Shown: one piece after another, positions 7,845-14,201 of the stretch
Numbering within the stretch: the first letter of the stretch is position 1
How the letters are laid out: every line of letters begins with the position of its first letter
Source: an archaeon
GTDB lineage: Archaea > Iainarchaeota > Iainarchaeia > Iainarchaeales > 0-14-0-20-34-12
Assembly (NCBI GenBank): GCA_038046645.1
Contig: JBBSVU010000005.1
Coordinates: 59,987-74,187, forward strand
DNA length: 14,201 nucleotides
Direction of reading: 5' to 3'
The notes under the pieces: model-generated
The model's database searches: none
What the model saw: the letters and a program-made list of their open reading frames with translations, nothing else
What the model was told of the DNA's origin: nothing
Translations under genes and position numbers: made by a program

Positions 7845-9404
7845 ATGGATAAGAATTCTAATTTAATTATTAAGACAGCACTAATTTCTGTGCATGATAA
7901 AGAACAAATAGCAGAATTTGCAAAAGAGCTGCAAAAGCTGAAGATTGAAATAATCGCGAGCTCAGGAACTGCAAAATTGCTGGCAAAAGAGAAAATTAAG
8001 GTAAGAGAATTAGATTCTGTTACTGGATTTTCTGAATTGTTGGATGGCAGGGTAAAAACACTTTCGCCTAAAATACATGCTGGCATTCTTGCAGATCGCT
8101 CGAATAAGAAACACCTTGCCCAATTAAAGAAGAATAAAATTGGCGCAATTGATTTGGTTGTTGTAAATCTTTATCCTTTCAAGGAAACAATTGAGAAGAA
8201 AAATGCCTCAGAAAAAGAGGTTATAGAAAATATTGACATTGGAGGAGTTGCATTAATCCGCGCAGCAGCAAAAAATCATGGAAATTGTGCAATTGTTGTT
8301 GATAAAAGGGATTATTCAAAACTTTTAGGGGAACTTAAAAACAACAAAAATAAACTTTCAAAAGAATTTTCTTCTTATTTGATGCAGAAGGCTTTTGCAT
8401 ATACTGCGCAGTATGATTCTTTAATTGCAAATTATTTCTCAAAAGAATTGCTGCCGGAAAAATTAAATTTGACATTCAACAAGATGTTTGATTTGAGGTA
8501 TGGTGAAAACCCGCATCAAAAGGCAGCATTTTATTCAGAACTCTTGCCTGCTGATGATTCTTTGCCAAAGGTTGAAATCCTGCACGGAAAGGAATTATCC
8601 TTCAACAATATTTATGATATGGAATCAGCATTAAGGATTGTGCAAGAATTTGAAATGCCGTGTGCTGTAATTATAAAGCACACAAATCCATGCGGTGTAG
8701 CCTGTGCAGAAAAGCTAAGTGAAGCATTCAAAAAAGCATTTGATTCTGATTCTAAAAGTGCGTTTGGCGGGATAATTGCATTAAACTGTGAATGCGACCT
8801 TGATACAGCCAAACAAATTGCCTCTTTTTTCAATGAGATTGTAATTGCCCCGGCTTATTCTTCTGAAGCTTTGGAAGAACTGAAGAAAAATAAAAACAGA
8901 AGGATTATTGTTCTGAAAAATTTAGATAAAAAAGATTCTTCCAAGAAAAATTTGGATTTGAAAAGGGTAAAATCAGGTTTATTGGTGCAGGAAGCAGATG
9001 TTTTGGAAGAAAATCCGAATGATTATAAAATTGTTACAAAGGAAAAGCCTACAAAAGAGCAATTGCAAGACCTTTTATTCGCATGGAAGGTCTGCAAGCA
9101 TGCAAAAAGCAATGCAATTGTCCTTGCAAAGAATCTTGCAACAATTGGCATTGGCGCAGGCCAGACCTCAAGGATAGAGTCTGTTGAACTAGCAATAAAA
9201 AAAGCAGGCAACAAAGCACAAGGAGCAGTTTTGGCAAGCGATGCTTTCTTCCCGTTCAGGGATTCAGTTGATATTGCAAAAAAAGCAGGGATTTCTGCAA
9301 TAATCCAAACCGGCGGGTCAGTAAAAGATTCTGAGGTAATGCAGGCAGCTGATGAATATAAAATGCCAATGATTCTTACTGATATTAGGCATTTTAAACA
9401 TTGA
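7845..9404 (+). CDS. purH: Bifunctional AICAR transformylase/IMP cyclohydrolase
   Basis: 519 aa. Contains ALISVHDK, DGRVKTL, VVNLYPF, ENIDIGG, RAAAKN, LRYGENPHQ, LSFNN, catalytic KHTNPCG, SAFGG, KSNAI, ASDAFFPF and terminal RHFKH. Confidence 0.98.
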   Translation: MDKNSNLIIKTALISVHDKEQIAEFAKELQKLKIEIIASSGTAKLLAKEKIKVRELDSVTGFSELLDGRVKTLSPKIHAGILADRSNKKHLAQLKKNKIGAIDLVVVNLYPFKETIEKKNASEKEVIENIDIGGVALIRAAAKNHGNCAIVVDKRDYSKLLGELKNNKNKLSKEFSSYLMQKAFAYTAQYDSLIANYFSKELLPEKLNLTFNKMFDLRYGENPHQKAAFYSELLPADDSLPKVEILHGKELSFNNIYDMESALRIVQEFEMPCAVIIKHTNPCGVACAEKLSEAFKKAFDSDSKSAFGGIIALNCECDLDTAKQIASFFNEIVIAPAYSSEALEELKKNKNRRIIVLKNLDKKDSSKKNLDLKRVKSGLLVQEADVLEENPNDYKIVTKEKPTKEQLQDLLFAWKVCKHAKSNAIVLAKNLATIGIGAGQTSRIESVELAIKKAGNKAQGAVLASDAFFPFRDSVDIAKKAGISAIIQTGGSVKDSEVMQAADEYKMPMILTDIRHFKH

Positions 9405-9428
9405 TTATGGAATATTTTTGGTGAAAAA

Positions 9429-10406
9429 ATGAGGCCATACAAGCCAAGAACAACACAATCAAGAAGATTCCCTTTCTTGCATAAAACTGCACAAAGAAGG
9501 CAGCATCTCGAAACAGCATTGGATGCAATAAAACAAAGAGGGCAAGTAACTGCCAAGCTTTTGCATACGGACTTTGGCATTCCTAAGGATAAGGCTCAAA
9601 GAGTTTTGAGGGAGTTAGAAGCTTCTGGCCATCATGTTCCAAGTGATTTAAGATTGCGTATTGTCGAAGGGCTTAGGCGAAAAAAGCAATCAGGTATTAT
9701 TGTTAGGCGAAGGGAAAGAGACCCTGCAATAGAACAGAGAAGGAAAAGCATGCTTGAGCTTATGATTGATTTTGGTTTGGAAAGAAGGCTTTTTACTATT
9801 CCTGATTTGGCAAAGGCTCTTGCTTTTCCAGCAGATGTTGTATTTGCTGATATAAATTATTTTAAGGATCATTCCCCTGAGATTAGAAGAAACCCTGAAC
9901 TAAGGGAATTAGTTGATTTAACCATGCTTAAAACAAAAATTTATGAAGATCCCAAAGTAACAAATGAACAATTAGAAGATGTGCTTGGTTTAAGCAATAA
10001 TACATTAGCCTCCAGATTGAGTAGATTGAGGCAAGTTGATCCTGAAACAACAAAGTACAGAATAATTCCAAAAACAGAACTCTCAGCAACTTCCATTGAT
10101 GCTAGAACTGAAACAATGCAAAGATTTGTGAGAGGCGAAATTTCAAGAGAAGATACGTTAAAGCAGACAAGTTTAGGTAATGATGCTTTCATCAAATTGC
10201 TTAGCAGGATAAGAAAAAGAATGGGAGTAAGCATTATTTCACAAGAAGAACTAGAGCGGAGGAAAGTAGTTAGGCAGTTAGTGGAAGGCAAAATAACTAG
10301 GGAAGATGCATTGGAAAAAACAGGTTTATCTCCTGTTAACTTAAAGAGTAGGGTTTATGAACTAAGGAAAAAACTAGGGAAAAGGTCTAGGGCTGATAGA
10401 AAATAG
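9429..10406 (+). CDS. Hypothetical multi-HTH, basic DNA-binding-like protein
   Basis: 325 aa with GGTGA SD at 9420-9424. HTH-like segments at about aa 40-66, 122-145, 177-201, 238-262 and 289-313. The last two are an internal duplication. Confidence 0.75.
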   Translation: MRPYKPRTTQSRRFPFLHKTAQRRQHLETALDAIKQRGQVTAKLLHTDFGIPKDKAQRVLRELEASGHHVPSDLRLRIVEGLRRKKQSGIIVRRRERDPAIEQRRKSMLELMIDFGLERRLFTIPDLAKALAFPADVVFADINYFKDHSPEIRRNPELRELVDLTMLKTKIYEDPKVTNEQLEDVLGLSNNTLASRLSRLRQVDPETTKYRIIPKTELSATSIDARTETMQRFVRGEISREDTLKQTSLGNDAFIKLLSRIRKRMGVSIISQEELERRKVVRQLVEGKITREDALEKTGLSPVNLKSRVYELRKKLGKRSRADRK

Positions 10407-10418
10407 TTCTAATTAAAA

Positions 10419-11084
10419 TTATTTTTTGCTTCTTTCGGAATCATTTTCAAACTGTGATAAAAACCAGGAGTAAAGCATAATCAGCCAAGCAATTAATTTG
10501 TTCATTCTCCTTAATTCTGAATTAATTGCCCTTTTTTCAGTAATTATTTTGTCAACAGCCACATCATGCTTTTCAATTGGCAGTTTTTTCACCAATTGCA
10601 ATTCAAAGCATAATCCGATTATCTTGGCTTTGCATTCCTTTCTTCTCAACAAGCGGTCATAATAGCCATGGCCATAGCCTATCCTGTGGCCATCCAAGTC
10701 AAATGCAACAGCCGGCACAATAATCAAGTCAATTTCTTTCAATCCTGCTTTTTTGCATCTTCCTTTCGGTTCCATTAACCCGAATTTCCTTTTTTCCAAA
10801 TCATTCAAGGATTTTATCTCAAGCAAATGCATTTCTTTTTTCTCATAAGCGCAGCGTGGCAATAGAACTCTTTTCCCTGCATTTAATGCATCCTGAATCA
10901 TATGCGCAGTATGCACTTCCTTCCTGATGCCATAAAAGAAAGCAATTGTTTTTGCCTTCTTGAAATCCTGCAAAGAAAATAATCTTTGCTTAATCTGCCG
11001 GCTTTTTGTTTTATGGGCTTTTTCAGAAAGCGCATTCCTTTTCGCCAGTTTAGTTCTGCGCAGGTGCTTTTTTGTTTGATTCAT
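10419..11084 (-). CDS. 5-formyltetrahydrofolate cyclo-ligase (YgfA/Fau/MTHFS family)
   Basis: 221 aa. Contains KKHLRR, EVHT, VLLPR, FGLMEP, IDLIIVPAVAFDLDGHRIGYGHGYYDRLL and HDVAVDKIITE. Confidence 0.95.
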   Translation of the reverse strand: MNQTKKHLRRTKLAKRNALSEKAHKTKSRQIKQRLFSLQDFKKAKTIAFFYGIRKEVHTAHMIQDALNAGKRVLLPRCAYEKKEMHLLEIKSLNDLEKRKFGLMEPKGRCKKAGLKEIDLIIVPAVAFDLDGHRIGYGHGYYDRLLRRKECKAKIIGLCFELQLVKKLPIEKHDVAVDKIITEKRAINSELRRMNKLIAWLIMLYSWFLSQFENDSERSKK

Positions 11085-11106
11085 ATTTTTATTAATACAA
11101 TAAGTA

Positions 11107-11119
11107 TTATAAATATATT
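11107..11119. promoter_or_regulatory. Putative TATA box in the divergent intergenic region
   Basis: TTATAAATATATT reads TTTATAA on the minus strand about 23 nt upstream of the cyclo-ligase ATG (11084). Confidence 0.4.
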
Positions 11120-11180
11120 AACCTTTTAATATTTGCAAATACATAGAGCAGAAGCACAGATTTTTTTGGAAGGTGAATTA

Positions 11181-14100
11181 ATGAATAAGGTTTATTCTAA
11201 ATTGTTTTTGGGTTTGTTTTTTGTTTTATTTTCAGCAGGCATTTTTGCAGATTTTGGGCTGATTAATCCAATACTAATGCCATTAGTGTTACCCACTAAT
11301 GAATTACTATGTTCACATTCAAATATCTTTGATGATTCTGAGTATGATCCTGTGACAGGAACAATTGTTGTTGCAAACTACGATAATTTGCTTGTTCCTA
11401 CAGCCAAAGAATTAAGCGCTGGACCTTCCTCACAGGCTGTTGCTTGTAATACTGCAAAGGATTGCCCTCCTGCAGGGTATTTGGCAAATAATTCTGACAC
11501 TAGTTTTAACCTTCCAAAAAAGGTTGCTTGTGCTAAGTTGATTTCGGATATTCAAAAATTTGAGGGTGTTTGTAATCATGTTAACGTTAATGATTGTGAA
11601 GCAGACTCAGGATGTTATTGGGAAGGAGGGAGTTGTTTTAGCTATGATCTAACTGATTATGCTAACGTTAAAGGTAAATGCGCTTATTGGGATACTGTTT
11701 CATGCCAATGCCAAAGCACATACAAATTAAAGCGTACTCCCTTGAATGATATTGGCACAACAGATTTGGAAAAATTTATCCCATTAAATAATAAGAACAT
11801 ACTTTGGACAGCATATGGCATCAGCGATTATGTGCCAGACTCCCCAACTTATTCAACAATAGGTGATGTCAGGGATTATTTCCATAAGGTTTGGAAAGAA
11901 GGCATTGTTCAGGTTAAAGGAAAAGACGGCAAGTGCAATTATCATTCAGTTACAAGTGACTACGCTGGCACTGATTGCAAATACTTAGGAAAAGCCGATA
12001 CTGATAAAGAATGTAAAGATTTGGCAATCTTAGGGGATAAAGATACTGGTTATTTCCAATTAGAATACTATCTTAATCCCTGGGGCAGTAAGTGTTATAC
12101 CCCAAATAATTGTTCACAATATGGCAATGTATATTCAACTACCTGTAATGAACTTGGAAAATGCCTTTATTCCACTACTGATGAGGATTATTTGCCTGCA
12201 GATGTTTTTTGTGATACTAAAAAAGGAAATGCCGATTGTACCTTAGATTATTTGCCTGCAGACTGGCTGCTTGATCCAGTAACAGCTGAATGTAAATCAA
12301 TAAATGCAAAGGATATGGAAAATATTTTGGGAAATTTCTGGTTAGGCCCTGGAAAAGGTTCAGATACATTCCCTGATGTAGGGAATTCAATAGGTACAGG
12401 TTATCTCTGCGATAATGGAGTTGTCCTGCAAAAGCAGGGCAATGGTTTAAAATCAGTATATGCGGCAGATGAAGAAAACACAGCCAAAGAGCTTGATTTA
12501 GCTTTCGTGCTTTTAAGCAATTATAAGCAATTCCCGCTTGAAGATATTTACATTGGGACTACAAAACAGCCTGATGTTTCAGAATGGGCTTTTAGTGAAG
12601 ATTGCTCAAATAAAGCACAATCATGTTATGATACTGCAAAGAAAATTGAAGTAACCCAGAGAGTGCCAGAAGAATGTTATTACAGAAATGATAACCTAGC
12701 AACAGCTTTTGTTGCACAATGCATACCTGAAAGCGGTTTGCAGATAACTACAACAGAAACAGAATTTGACAAGCCAGTAACTTGCAATGACAATAATCCT
12801 TGCACTGATGACACTTATGATCCTAAAGATATCAAAAGTAATATGGACGGATGCTTGTTTGTAAATAAACAAAGCGGCTCATTTTGCGGCAAGGACAAAA
12901 TTTGCATGAATGGATCCTGCATAGATAATGTTTGTGCTACAAACAAGGATTGTGATGACAGCAATCCATGTACGCAAGATACCTGCAATGCCTTTGGTGC
13001 AGCAATGACTAAATTCTGCAACTATTCAAATTTAGCGGATGAAACATCCTGTGGTGTTAACAAGATGTGCAATGCAGGCGAATGTGTCGAAATACCTTAT
13101 GATATTACTGTTACTTTGAAAAATAAAAATACTGGTGCAGTAATAAAAAATAATTCATCTGTCTCATTGGATTGCGGTTATGCAGGTGCGACAAACAATA
13201 TTGTGCCATCAAAAGCGCAAAATAAGCAGCAGAATGAAAATGCATTCTATTCATTTACAATTCCTGAAACTTGTTATGATAATCCGCCTGCCGTTCCCTA
13301 CAAATTGAAGATATCTGAAAGTGCATATGGTTTTGAAGATTTAAACCCTGTTGAGATAAGCAGCTGGTTTGATTTAAAATCAGACTATGTCCTTGAATTA
13401 ATTCCAAAAGTAGAGCCTAAGGACTGCAAGCCTTTTTATATGACTAATGTCCAAGGGATTTGCCAAAAAGATTCTGATTGCCCTTTAGCAAATACTGGTT
13501 ATTCTCCAGCTGTTTGTATAGACCCAGAATTAGATGGCATCAAGAACTGCATTTATTATCCTAAAGGCTGCTTGCCTGAAAGCTGTTTCAATGAAACTTC
13601 AGGATCATCAGGATATTGTGCCCAGTGCGGAGATTTTACCCTTACTGAAACAGTAGTTAAAACATTAACAAGCGGTGCAAGTATTATTGATGGTTCAGAT
13701 ACCTACCAATATTTAGGCGAGGGAAAGTATTCGATAAATGCTGTGGAGCAAATTCCCCTTACTGATAAACAGAAAGTTCTTTTCGGTTCACTTGAACTTT
13801 ATTATGATGAAAAGACAGATTCATTGAAGGAGATTACTTGTAAATATGAAAAAGACGGCAAGTTAATTGAAGGCTATCCTTCTGAAACATCAGATAAATG
13901 CTCTTTTGTAACAGCAGTAGTTTGTGATGAAATAGGTGCTTGCCCTACGTGCGGCCCAACAGAGCAAAATAAGGACTGTTCAAATTGCCCTGCAAATATC
14001 TGTGATGATGCCTTGCAGTGCAAATTAGACAATGATTGTGCAGATATGCCTTTCATCGAAGGTTGCAGCATGCCAAAATGCCTGAATACTTTTTGCAGCC

Positions 14101-14201
14101 TTGCATATTTGGATAATCCTGCCTGCAATAACCCTGATGTAATTCTCCTTGCCTGTAAGTCTGCCAGTGATTGCACTCTTTTGGAAAATGCTTCAGCAGA
14201 A
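11181..14201 (+). CDS. Large secreted/surface Cys-rich protein (3' partial, >1007 aa)
   Basis: Manual translation from ATG 11181 (SD GGAAGGTGA at 11168-11176) stays open to the window end. Signal peptide MNKVYSKLFLGLFFVLFSAGIFA. Many Cys, with CxDxNPCTxD units and repeated CxxxxDC motifs. Absent from the ORF track, presumably because there is no stop in the window. Confidence 0.9.
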   Translation, partial: MNKVYSKLFLGLFFVLFSAGIFADFGLINPILMPLVLPTNELLCSHSNIFDDSEYDPVTGTIVVANYDNLLVPTAKELSAGPSSQAVACNTAKDCPPAGYLANNSDTSFNLPKKVACAKLISDIQKFEGVCNHVNVNDCEADSGCYWEGGSCFSYDLTDYANVKGKCAYWDTVSCQCQSTYKLKRTPLNDIGTTDLEKFIPLNNKNILWTAYGISDYVPDSPTYSTIGDVRDYFHKVWKEGIVQVKGKDGKCNYHSVTSDYAGTDCKYLGKADTDKECKDLAILGDKDTGYFQLEYYLNPWGSKCYTPNNCSQYGNVYSTTCNELGKCLYSTTDEDYLPADVFCDTKKGNADCTLDYLPADWLLDPVTAECKSINAKDMENILGNFWLGPGKGSDTFPDVGNSIGTGYLCDNGVVLQKQGNGLKSVYAADEENTAKELDLAFVLLSNYKQFPLEDIYIGTTKQPDVSEWAFSEDCSNKAQSCYDTAKKIEVTQRVPEECYYRNDNLATAFVAQCIPESGLQITTTETEFDKPVTCNDNNPCTDDTYDPKDIKSNMDGCLFVNKQSGSFCGKDKICMNGSCIDNVCATNKDCDDSNPCTQDTCNAFGAAMTKFCNYSNLADETSCGVNKMCNAGECVEIPYDITVTLKNKNTGAVIKNNSSVSLDCGYAGATNNIVPSKAQNKQQNENAFYSFTIPETCYDNPPAVPYKLKISESAYGFEDLNPVEISSWFDLKSDYVLELIPKVEPKDCKPFYMTNVQGICQKDSDCPLANTGYSPAVCIDPELDGIKNCIYYPKGCLPESCFNETSGSSGYCAQCGDFTLTETVVKTLTSGASIIDGSDTYQYLGEGKYSINAVEQIPLTDKQKVLFGSLELYYDEKTDSLKEITCKYEKDGKLIEGYPSETSDKCSFVTAVVCDEIGACPTCGPTEQNKDCSNCPANICDDALQCKLDNDCADMPFIEGCSMPKCLNTFCSLAYLDNPACNNPDVILLACKSASDCTLLENASAE
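12783..13091 (+). repeat. Two tandem 56-aa-period Cys-rich modules containing Dictyostelium-type (CxDxNPCTxDxC) repeats
   Basis: CNDNNPCTDDTY...CLFVNKQSGSFCGKDKICMNGSCID starts at 12783. CDDSNPCTQDTC...CNYSNLADETSCGVNKMCNAGECVE starts at 12951. Confidence 0.75.

Noticed and set aside
8050..8090. PurH KTLSPK instead of the usual KTLHP, and FolD GHS instead of GRS/GAS, as signs of inactivation
   Set aside because: These are single substitutions, the main catalytic motifs are intact and both ORFs are full length.
2812..10291. Minus-strand ORFs 2812-3093, 3898-4257, 3912-4097, 5735-5944, 6180-6383, 6973-7200, 7787-8086, 8612-8833, 9023-9580, 9049-9237, 9690-9872 and 9941-10291
   Set aside because: All overlap longer, better-supported plus-strand genes and show no recognisable motifs.
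12815..14176. Minus-strand ORFs 12815-13021 and 13874-14176
   Set aside because: They are antisense to the continuous >1007-codon ORF starting at 11181.

Overview
AT-rich prokaryotic window, most likely from a small-genome DPANN-type archaeon. This is inferred from GGTGA Shine-Dalgarno motifs, TATA-like boxes about 25 nt before apparently leaderless starts, and a large Cys-rich secreted protein. The backbone is a tetrahydrofolate/one-carbon and purine cluster of bacterial-type enzymes: glyA, folD, purN, purH and a 5-formyl-THF cyclo-ligase. Every gap between these enzymes holds Arg/Lys-rich orphan genes with basic, often Pro-containing N-termini. Three orphans are paralogs (3072-3896, 3905-4708, 5441-6226). 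They share N- and C-terminal domains flanking a central [Y/W]xx[T/S][P/E]KG repeat array with a conserved 17-13-13-17-13-(13) aa period. The others are a helical orphan, a degenerate methyltransferase-like/HTH protein and a protein with about five HTH-like modules. An RHH/RelE-ParE-type toxin-antitoxin pair lies between paralogs 2 and 3. The last 3 kb is a signal-peptide-bearing, Cys-rich ORF of more than 1007 codons (from 11181, running off the window) that the ORF track missed. I found no RNA genes, CRISPR array, transposase or integrase. All family assignments come from motif recognition by eye, without database searches.
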